Source: Octopus bimaculoides
Taxonomy: Eukaryota
DNA: 37,539 nt
Assembly: GCF_001194135.2 (NCBI RefSeq)
Contig: NC_068983.1
Location: forward strand, 53,695,441 to 53,732,979
Reading direction: 5' to 3'
In this document: positions 12,915 through 21,952 of the stretch, piece by piece
Layout: each line of letters begins with the position of its first letter
How positions within the stretch are numbered: position 1 is the stretch's first letter
Program-made: the position numbers and the translations under genes
Notes under the pieces: model-generated
Databases searched by the model: none
Seen by the model: only the letters and a program-made list of their open reading frames with translations
What the model was told of the DNA's origin: nothing

Positions 12915-13700
12915 ATCCTTTCTGCTATAGGCACAAGGTCTGAAATTTGGGGGAAGGGATTAGGTCAATTACATCAACTCCAGTGTGTGATTGGTACTTA
13001 TTGAATTGACTCCAAAAGGATGAAAGGCGAATTTGACCTCGGTGGAATTTGAACCCAGAACATAGCATTAGAAGAAATACTGCTAAGTGTTTTGCCTGGC
13101 ATGCTAATGATTCTGCCAGCTTGCTGCCTTACAATGCTCAAATAATCTTTTCTTCTCTGGACATAAGGCCTGAAATTTTGAGGGAGGAGGCCAGTCGATT
13201 AGATTGATCCCAGTACGCAACAGGTACTAAATTTATCGACCCCGAAAGGATGAAAGGCAAAGTCGACCTCGGTGGAATTTGAACTCAGAACATAAAGACA
13301 GACAAAATACCGCTAAGCATTTCACCCAGCATGCTAACATTTCTGCCAGCTCGCTGCCTAAATATTCTTTCTTACTCTAGGCACACGGCCTGAAATTTTT
13401 GGAAAGGAGGGGGCAGTCAATAAGATCGATCCTAGTATGCAACTGGTACAACCCAAAAGGTTGGAAAGCAAAGTCGACCTTGGCAGAATTTTAACTCAGA
13501 ACGTAAAGACAGAAAAAATACTGCCAAGCATTTTGCCCAGTGTGCTAATGTTTCTTATTTCTTTACTGCCTACAAGGGGCTACACACTGAAGGGACAAAC
13601 AAGGACAGACAAACGGATTAAATCGATTATATCAACCCCAGTGCGTAACTGGTACTTATTTAATTGACCCTGAAAGGTTGAAACGCAAAGTTGACGATGA
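12915..13700 (-). mobile_element. Cluster of four same-orientation family-D SINEs (about 12915-13129, 13145-13339, 13345-13552, 13552-13700)
   Basis: Repeated unit ...cgaccccgaaaggatgaaaggcaaagtcgacctcgg(c/t)ggaatttgaactcagaac...ctgccagctcgctgcct; minus-strand B-box gagttcaaattcc. Confidence 0.88.
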
Positions 13701-13753
13701 CGACAATAACGGTAGTGGTGATGTTGATGATGATGATGATGAGGAGGAGGAGG

Positions 13754-13785
<32 letters not shown>

Positions 13786-13839
13786 CTGTCACTTAGGCAC
13801 GAAACAAAAAATTTGAATTTTAGGGTGAATGACCTTAGA

Positions 13840-14506
13840 AAACAATCTCACAAATTGAGTGAGTGTAGCTTGTCCAAAAGCACTACAAAAGGTGGCACAA
13901 TAATGTGGCTAAGTTCATCCACTGGAGCCTATGTGAAAAAAACGGCCCGAACAGAGCATGGAAATAGTATAAACATGAACCAGAAGGAGTCACTGAGAAC
14001 TGTGGGATTTTACAATCCAATGTGGCTCCTTAATCAAGGCTTGGAGACCAGATATTGCTGTAGTAGATAAAGGAAAAAAGGAAACCAAGATAATAGGTAT
14101 TGCAATACCTGGGGATGCATGCATAAATGACAAAGAACTAGAAAAATTGAAAAGTACAGACTACTAAAAGATGAAATTGCAAGAACATGGACTATGAGGA
14201 GAGTGTCTGTCATTCCAGTCGTTGTAGGGGCACTCGGAGCACTAACAACCAAGTTTGAGAAATATGTCAAAGAAATAGGAATTGACATGAGAGCAAAGCA
14301 AGCCCCAAAAAACTGCTCTGTTGGGGACAGCTAGGACTTTGAGATTGGTACTTGGATGTTGAATGTCTCCCGTGATAATTAACAACCAAGTATCAAAGCT
14401 TATAATGTGTGTAAAGAGACCCTGTGAGACCGCTGATAGCAGGTTGCAGTGCGCTCTCGCAGAATCTACCAGGACAAACAAGACTGAACATTCTGAGAAG
14501 TAAAGC

Positions 14507-14541
<35 letters not shown>
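13840..14541 (+). mobile_element. Degenerate 3' end of an R4/Dong-type non-LTR retrotransposon (zinc-knuckle remnant plus restriction-like endonuclease), (TAA)n tail
   Basis: Frameshifted translation: ETISQIxSECS..LVQKHYKRWHNNVAKFIHWSLCEKNG...WRPDIAVVDKGKKETKIIGIAIPGD...EKIEKYRLLKDEIARTW...VIPVVVGALG...QKTALLGTARTLRLVL*; PD-(D/E)xK RLE pattern with the second Asp changed to Gly. Confidence 0.88.
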
Positions 14542-14850
14542 GTAACCCAAATATGGAGCCTAGAAACAGAAACAATCCCTGTAATAATAGGTGTATTAGG
14601 TATGCTTAAAAAACATTCAGATAAATACATAACCAAAACACCAGAACTTACAAATGTATATGGCATACAGAAAATAGCACTACTAAGTATTGCACACATC
14701 TTATGTAAAACACTTTCAATACAATAAAAATAAGAGCACCAACACAAACCACAACACATACCCAAGACACAGAGTTGCACTCGGTAGTACAATGAAAGCA
14801 TGTAATAAAAGTAAGACTACTGAATAATAACAATAATAATAATAATAATT
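14542..14850 (+). mobile_element. Second R4/Dong-type family, short 3' fragment with (TAA)n tail
   Basis: VTQIWSLETETIPVIIGVLGMLKKHSDKYITKTPELTNVYGIQKIALLSIAHILCKTLSIQ*; same family as 21953-22895. Confidence 0.85.
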
Positions 14851-15252
14851 GTTCCAAATTTAAGTACAAGACTTGACATTTATGGAGAAGGTGTGGGTTA
14901 GTCGATTATATTGACTCAAGTACTTGACTGATATTTTATTGCATCAAACCCCATAATGATAAAAGATAGAGTAAATACTACACCAAACAGAAACCAATGA
15001 TGCCATATCTGACATAACACATTCAACATAGATATGATATCTCCCTCTTTCATTGCCAGTAAGTAATGACAATGCTAAGATATATCCTTGTCTTTTTCAT
15101 TACTTATCAGTCAGTAGCAAAGACATGCTTATCATAAAACATTCTGCATAGATGACACTCCCTTCATTACACATCTGGTCCTTAACCTAACCCTAACCAA
15201 ACATCCTATACCAAGGGTCTCCAGCCAAAGAGCCACAGACCAGTATTGCATT

Positions 15253-15600
15253 AATACAGTTCTATATTTAAGAGATGAGGAATTATGTACATTATTTACA
15301 TTATTTACAATTGACGGATATTTGTCCTCATCTTGTTTGTTGTTAACAGGCATATGGCGTAGTGGTTAAGAGCGTGGGCTACTAACACCAAGATTCCGGG
15401 TTCAATTCCAGGCAGTGACCTGAATAATAATAATTATAATGATAATAACAACAACATCATCAAAAAATACCTTAGGAATGAAAACCCAGGTTCGAAATTT
15501 CCCCAAGACACCTGATGAAGGCTTGAGGGTATATCAGCTGAAATGTTGTGTTAACAACAAACAAGATGAGGACAAATATCCGTCAATTGTAAATAATGTA
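15253..15600 (+). mobile_element. tRNA-headed SINE (family F) with Penelope-type hammerhead 3' part and upstream inverted 3' segment
   Basis: A-box 15355-15365, B-box 15399-15409, CTGATGA 15512-15518, GAAA 15540-15543; 52-bp perfect inverted repeat 15297-15348/15549-15600; TSD cagtattgcatt 15241-15252/15601-15612. Confidence 0.85.
15507..15552 (+). ncRNA. Degenerate minimal type I hammerhead ribozyme motif
   Basis: Stem I GACAC/GUGUU, core CUGAUGA-A, stem II GGCU..AGCU, GAAAUGUU (PLE consensus GAAACGUH; the C is T here); predicted cleavage 15547|15548. This copy may be inactive. Confidence 0.65.
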
Positions 15601-15774
15601 CAGTATTGCATTGTTGATCATTTGGTACCAGCCTGTCCAGAAAGAATAAATTTTTAAAGTTTATTACTATTTTATTGACTGTGGCAGTTTGCAGGTTTGT
15701 TTTTGCATTATATGTGTATTATATATGAAATAATTAAATTATATATTATGCACTTTATTGTGCTTTTATGCATG

Positions 15775-15840
15775 TAACCCCTGGTCCGTGGAAAAATTAT
15801 CTTGCGTCAAACTGGATCGTAATGCAAATAGGTCCTGTAC
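15775..15840 (+). mobile_element. Possible hAT/Charlie-like subterminal remnant
   Basis: cccctggtccgtggaaaaattatcttg resembles the ccggtccgtggaaaaattgtcttcc subterminal motif I recall from MER1/Charlie-type elements; short and unverified. Confidence 0.4.
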
Positions 15841-15890
15841 AGTTGTTTGAAATGTAATTTTACTCCTGACAGCTAATGACAAATGCAAAA

Positions 15891-16128
15891 TTAATCCTTT
15901 AGCATAGTCGGTCAGATGTAATGTTTATTTATTCATATTTTCTAAAATTGATTATGCGTTGTCTTGTAGCTTTGAAATTTTGATGATATGACTGTATACT
16001 TTCAGAATAACATCGTAGGATAGATGTGAGAAGCCAGATTTGGATGGTTTTGACATAAACCAGTAGAATATTTGAATGGTTTCAACATAAATCAGTAGAT
16101 ATATCTGGTTTAAATGCTAAATGGTTAA
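15891..16128. mobile_element. TTAA-flanked MITE (piggyBac-like)
   Basis: TTAA|tcctttagcat ... atgctaaatgg|TTAA, imperfect TIR, no ORF. Confidence 0.7.
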
Positions 16129-16400
16129 AGTATAATTGATTCTTAGAGACAGATACAAACAAAAATATGTTACAAGATATTTAAGTAATTCATATTCATG
16201 TATATTGTGTTATTTTTGTAAACATTGGTTTCACTCTTGTTTTTGTGAATTACAACCACCACACCCCATCTACTTCATCTCTTACAACAACTTCAAAAAT
16301 ATAAAAGAAAACAAATATATTCATAAATCTGATGTGAACTAATGGAATAACATTCCATACTGATAACCTTATATAAGCTCACTTTACTTTTTAGTTCCAT

Positions 16401-16697
16401 TTAACCATTACCTCCCATAATTCTATTAACTGGAATTTTTCTATGAAACTTTGATTTCTAGCATAAAACAGCCTTAGAAATACGCTGGAATGATCAAAAT
16501 AACATTTCAAAATAACATTTTAAATAGAAATAAGCGAGATATTGGGAGAAAAATTAGCAAATCTCATTTGAATATCAGAGAAATATACCAAGTAGATATA
16601 GCAAAAAGGTTAGATATGTGTAAATATTGACAGATAATTCCGAAATTTGTAATTTTTAAGTGATCTCATATGAGATCACTGGTAGGTAATGGGTTAA
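16401..16697. mobile_element. TTAA-flanked MITE (piggyBac-like), different family
   Basis: TTAA|ccattacctccca ... tggtaggtaatggg|TTAA. Confidence 0.7.
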
Positions 16698-17235
16698 AAC
16701 TTGTTGCGATTCAGATTTGGTAAGTGAAAACTGCCAAAGCCCATGTAAAGAGCAGTTCTTGTTTTGACTTGTAGACCTAACCTGTTGTCTGGTTTAAAAT
16801 TATCCATATTGAACTTCTAGTTGAGTCCTCACAGTAAGAAACATTAGGGTCACATCTCTGATTTGAGATAAACTTCCTTCTTTTCTCCCACCAGTCATTA
16901 AAGCCCTATTGTCTTGTGTATCATATGATACACAAGATTTATTTCCATTTCATTCATGCATCATATATGGCACACATTTCCAATATTTTTTTGCCATCAG
17001 AGTAACTTATGAAAAGAAAGTTTTCCATTATTCAGAATGTATGAAACAAAGGCTAACTTAAAGCCTGGTAACAGACATGAACATTTAAGACAAACTTACA
17101 AAATGCTTTGGTCAAACAAAGTGTTAAATAAAAAATTTCATGGATGGTACCCTTCCACCTAAGTTATACCCACCCCCTTCACACACACCAGCTGAAACAA
17201 AAAAAAATTCTGGTTTGATTTACATTTATATTTTG

Positions 17236-17460
17236 CCTGGAAAATGAAAATTAGTGGATCGCTTTTCATAGCAAGTAAAAATTTTGATATACATTGCATG
17301 GAAAATGAAAATTAGTGGATTGCTTTTCATGGCAAGTAAGAAATTTTGATATACTTTGCACATGGAAAATTATAAGTTACTGGTGTACTTGCATGGAAAT
17401 TTTAAAATTATTGGCATACTATGCATGGAAAGTTAAATGTTACTGGCGAGTTAAAAGTAA
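17236..17460. repeat. Minisatellite: two ~60-bp units then three ~31-bp GCATGGAAA-headed units
   Basis: tggaaaatgaaaattagtggat(c/t)gcttttcat(a/g)gcaagtaa twice, followed by shorter related units. Confidence 0.8.
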
Positions 17461-17800
17461 TGTATGTACTTTGTATAGCAATGCTTTCAACTACAGGCAC
17501 AAGGACTAAGTTTAAAGAAAATAGAAGAAAAAAAAAAAATGCTTACCTTATTTCAGTAATCGAATTTGTGGATAACAAAATTAGGGATAACAGGTTTTTC
17601 CAGTTATTAAAAGACCTGCATGGACTTGCTAAAGCCTTAAAATCACATATTTAAAAATCTGTGGTTCTCTCTATTTGAGAAGGGCAGATTACACCATTTG
17701 GGAAACTCTGATCTATATGTATACATCTACATATTTCTAGCACATAGTTTTATATACATATATGTATGAGTGCAAGTGTGTGCACGTGTGTGTGCATGTG

Positions 17801-17876
<76 letters not shown>

Positions 17877-17890
17877 GACCATCCCCAAGT

Positions 17891-17938
<48 letters not shown>

Positions 17939-18115
17939 ATATATGAAGGTCAAATAACAATCCATTTGGTAATATGTGCTAACCATTGGGCTAAAGAATT
18001 CCATATCTTTTTGCATAAAGGTTACTTTCTCTTAAATAACAAAAATAAATAATAAAACTAACACAATTAAACAAACTTCATCAAAAAAAATAGTAATGGT
18101 AGTTATTATACTCAC

Positions 18116-18234
18116 ATCTTTATGGTTTACTCCAAATCTCAAAGGTTTGCGTATTTGTTCAGGTAGATAGGGGAAAAGGATATCAAAGATTGGAACAATA
18201 AGTCTTGCATCAATTTTCGATGGTTTTGTAGCAC
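18116..18234 (-). CDS. SLC5A8-like: SLC5 exon (119 nt, phase 1 to 0): (G)ATKPSKIDARLIVPIFDILFPYLPEQIRKPLRFGVNHKD
   Basis: Acceptor ctttaatcttag|, donor gat|gtgagt; juxtamembrane DxRLIxPxFD motif; lies inside supplied ORF 18032-18313. Confidence 0.92.
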
Positions 18235-18391
18235 CTAAGATTAAAGGACTTAGATATATACACACATTATAGATTTTTAAATTTTTATTCATGCCACTTA
18301 TGTCACTGACCAAATCTGATGAGAGTTATTCACTAAATAAATGCTAGTGATGTTTATATTTTTAAGAAATGGTTATATTACTTTCTCTCTC

Positions 18392-18785
18392 TTAACTCTT
18401 TACTCTTTTACTCTTTTACTTGTTTCAGTCATTTGACTGCGGCCATGATGGAGCACCGCCTTTTAGTCGAGCAAATCGACCCCAGGACTTATTCTTTGGA
18501 AGCCTAGTACTTATTCCATCGGCCTCTAAGTTACAGGGATGTAAACACACCAGCATCGGTTGTCAAGCGATGCTAGGGGAACAAACACAGACACAAACAT
18601 ATACACACATATACATATATACGACAGGCTTCTTTCAGTTTCCGTCTACCAAATCCAATCACAAGGCTTTGGTCGGCCCGAGGCTATAGTAGAAGACACT
18701 TGCCCAAGGTGCCACGCAGTCGGAATGAACCTGGAACCATGTGGTTGGTAAGCAAGCTACTTACCACAGAGCCGCTCCTGCGCCT
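18392..18785 (-). mobile_element. Family-A SINE, full length
   Basis: Same head, body, internal microsatellite and (AAAAGAGT)n-like tail as 265-667. Confidence 0.88.
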
Positions 18786-19309
18786 ATGTATACTGTGTAT
18801 ATTAATTGGATTGGTGTCCTCATCTTCATTGTTGCTTTCACTACATTTCAGCTGTTGTATGTTCCAGCTTTCTTCAGGTGTCTTGTGTTGAACTCAGTTA
18901 TTATTGTGGAAATTTGAAACTAACCCTTTATTTGGTCCACAGGAGGTGCACTGTTCTCATTCCACTCTGTGCTTCAGAACATTTTTTGCATCAGTTGATT
19001 TTTTCTTTTTTTTTTTTGTGAACTACCTTAGTGCTTTGCCTGGAATTGAACTAAGAACCTCTAGATGATTGCATTGCATTAACCAGCATCTATATCTGTT
19101 ATGCTATGTCTATTGACAAGATGAAAATACCAGTCTGATTAATATAAACAGTATACATATAAATTTTTACTTTTATGTATTTGTTTTGAAAATTTTTTTT
19201 ATATAAAATCATGTGTTGAAGCAGATAGTGCTACAAGGTCATATTTTGACAATTAAACACACACCTTATATAACATATATGGTCTTTACTTCAACTTTAT
19301 TATTATTAT

Positions 19310-19530
19310 TACCCCTGCCTTAGTGAAAGCAGAGATATTATTTTCAGTCATGTGTGTTTGTTTTTGTTTGTCCATGGACAAGATATCTCAAGAACCGCTG
19401 GATGGATTCAGATGAAACTTTCAAGGATGTTTGGCCTCGTGACTGGCACAAACTGATTAGATTTTGGGATCAACCCAGTACCGGACAAGGATTCTAGATT
19501 AATTCTCTTGTTTTTTTACTTAATTTTACT
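19310..19530 (+). mobile_element. Possible non-autonomous Helentron/DINE-1-like element fragment
   Basis: Starts ttacccctgccttagtgaaagcagagatatt (subterminal hairpin), then gtttgt-like repeats and gatatctcaagaaccgctggatggattcagatgaaacttt; architecture recalled, not searched. Confidence 0.5.
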
Positions 19531-19534
19531 TAAT

Positions 19535-19660
19535 ATCTCACAAGGATATTTGGTCAGCCTGATACTAAAGTAGAAGATACTTGCACAAGGAGCTACGCAG
19601 TGGGACTGAACTCAGAACCATGTAGTTGAGAAGCAAGCTTCTTACTATACAGCCATGCCT
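19535..19660 (-). mobile_element. Family-A SINE head fragment, about 45 bp from exon 19704
   Basis: gtagaagatacttgcacaagg...cagtgggactgaactcagaaccatg matches the family-A head. Confidence 0.7.
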
Positions 19661-19703
19661 GATCAAGAAATAAATGTATATATAAAAAGTTAACTGTAAT
19701 TAC

Positions 19704-19804
19704 CTGTAATAAAACTTATGATGAGTCCAATACCAACTGCTATAAGAACAGCTTCAGCACTGTACCACAGGTAGGACAATCTGTATAGGTCTATAAGTGG
19801 ACTC
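19704..19804 (-). CDS. SLC5A8-like: SLC5 exon (101 nt, phase 2 to 1): SPLIDLYRLSYLWYSAEAVLIAVGIGLIISFIT(G), last TM helix
   Basis: Acceptor ttattttccag|, donor acag|gtaatt; LYxLSYLWYS...GLIxSFITG motif. Confidence 0.95.
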
Positions 19805-20239
19805 CTGGAAAATAAGCAGATAAATAAAAAGGGTAAATAATTTTATATTTCTGAAATGAGGAATTTATATTATTATTTACATTACAAGATAAGGATACCA
19901 CTCTGACTAATGTAAACAATAAACTAAAAAGGGTTACATTTTGATGTGTCTTGAGAGGGACATTATGCCAATAATAATAATAATGCACACACTGGTTCAA
20001 TATCACTTCTTTATTGTTAGTCAATTGGTTAAGTATTCAAACAATTAACTAACCAAACATTTGTTTGTCAAAATCCTTTCATTGTTATTCACGTCATTTT
20101 CAATGACTTACCCCCATCTCTTCAAGGCCTACTCTGTGTCTGTCTGATATCAAGTCTTAGGACTTTGTATATGCATGCCTGTATGTGTGAATGTAGATGT
20201 GTATTTGCTTAGGAGAAAAAGTAAGGGTGAAAGTAGAAG

Positions 20240-20307
<68 letters not shown>

Positions 20308-20939
20308 TGTTGTGTGTATACACCACTGTGTCTGCTTGTATGTGAGTTTGTGTGTTAGTATATGAAACAAATGACCATTTAGTTAGTTGGTTTGATATTT
20401 TAGCAATTGACCCACAATAATGAAGTGATATCGAACCAGTGCATGTGTTACTGAAGTAATGACCCTCTCAAGACACAAGATTTATTTCAACACATGTAAC
20501 AACAAAAAACATTCTTTCAAATAAAAATAAGAGAGAGAGAGACCGACAGACAGAGAAAGAGAAAGAGTTTTCATGTCATCTTTCTTTCTGCTAGAAATAA
20601 CAGCTAAGTCTCTTTCAAATCACACCTTATCAAAAAACTGTAAAGGCAGGAATTATTTAATTTTACACATAAAAAAAAGTTATGGACATGGCTAGAAAGC
20701 CTTTGATCTTGTATTTCTTTGTTTAGAGATGAACTGATGGTGGTGGTAGTGGTGGTGGTGGTGGTGGTGGTGGTGGTGGTTTCGGTGGCGGTGGCAGTGG
20801 TGGAGAAGGTTATGGGAGTATAAAGGAAAATAAACTACCATTCCTTAAAAACACAGACAACTGTGTGAGAGAATATTTTAAGACTGCTAAAGTAAGTAAT
20901 TATCTATATAGTTCAGTAGAAAGTGAAAAATAGTAATTA

Positions 20940-21075
20940 TATTAATAACAACAACAACAATAATAATAATAATAATGATAAAAATAATAATAATAACAAT
21001 AACAACAACAACAACAATAATAATAATAATAAAAATAATAATAATAATAGTAATGATAATGATAATAATAATAAT
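20940..21075. repeat. (AAT/AAC)n microsatellite; other trinucleotide tracts at 12215-12335, 13695-13785, 20735-20800, 22984-23105, 30570-30630, 33241-33297
   Basis: Direct reading. Confidence 0.95.
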
Positions 21076-21117
21076 GATAAGGCCACAGATCACCAAGAAA
21101 AAAATGCTTTCTAATTG

Positions 21118-21950
21118 ATGTCATCATCATCATCATCATCATCGTTTAACGTCCGCCTTCCATGCTAGCATGGGTTGGACGATTTGACTGAGGATTGGTG
21201 AAACCGGATGGCAACACCAGGCTCCAATCTGATTTGGCAGAGTTTCTACAGCTGGATGCCCTTCCTAACGCCAACCACTCAGAGAGTGTAGTGGGTGCTT
21301 TTACGTGTCACCCGCACGAAGGCCAGTCAGGCGGTACTGGCAACGGCCACGCTCGAAATGGTGTCTTTTATGTGCCACCCGCACAAAAGCCAGTCCAGGG
21401 GCACTGGCAACGATCTCGCTCGAAAAACCCTACGAAGGCCAGTCAGGCGGCACTGGCAACGGTCACACTCAAAATGGTGCATCCTATGTGCCACCCGCAC
21501 AAGAGCCAGTCCAGGGGCCCTGGCNNNNNNNNNNGTTTCTACAGCTGGATGCCCTTCCTAACGCCAACCACTCAGAGAGTGTAGTGGGTGCTTTTACGTG
21601 TCACCCGCACGAAGGCCAGTCAGGCGGTACTGGCAACGGCCACGCTCGAAATGGTGTCTTTTATGTGCCACCCGCACAAAAGCCAGTCCAGGGGCACTGG
21701 CAACGATCTCGCTCGAAAAACCCTACGAAGGCCAGTCAGGCGGCACTGGCAACGGTCACACTCAAAATGGTGCATCCTATGTGCCACCCGCACAAGAGCC
21801 AGTCCAGGGGCCCTGGCAACGATCTCACTTGGCTTGCCGGGTCTTCTCACGCACAGCACATATATATCGTCGTCGTCGTTTAACGTCCGCTTTCCATGCT
21901 AGCATGGGTTGGACGATTTGACTGAGGACCGGTGAAACCAGACGGCTACA
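21118..21950 (-). mobile_element. Young family-B element (apparent internal duplication is probably an assembly artefact) plus an adjacent second 3' fragment (21867-21950)
   Basis: (CAT)n tail, core, ~60-bp internal modules, head cttggcttgccgggtcttctcacgcacagcac; 283-bp exact duplicate on either side of the 10-N gap. Confidence 0.85.
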
Positions 21951-21952
21951 GA

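Noticed and set aside
15181-15200. Telomere-like taacctaaccctaacc
   Set aside because: Only one true CCCTAA unit; too short for an interstitial telomeric site.
15349-15420. tRNA-like sequences here and at 22330-22404, 26800-26872, 28690-28757, 32257-32330
   Set aside because: They have A/B boxes but no complete acceptor stem and continue into repeat bodies with tails and TSDs; SINE heads, not tRNA genes.
20110-20150. Consensus donor gg|gtaagt at 20111 as a possible extra exon before 19804
   Set aside because: The phase-2 frame required has a TAG 17 nt upstream of the donor, and 28967 already joins 19804 in frame.
21310-21520. Regularly spaced ~60-bp modules that superficially resemble a CRISPR array
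   Set aside because: Eukaryotic context, modules are wholly homologous with no unique spacers, no cas genes, and they are internal to family-B retroposons.
21242-21817. Exact 283-bp tandem duplication (21242-21524 and 21535-21817) producing long ORFs at 21195-21921
   Set aside because: The two copies are identical and separated only by a 10-N gap, the signature of overlapping contig ends. The ORFs read through Ns in a non-coding repeat.
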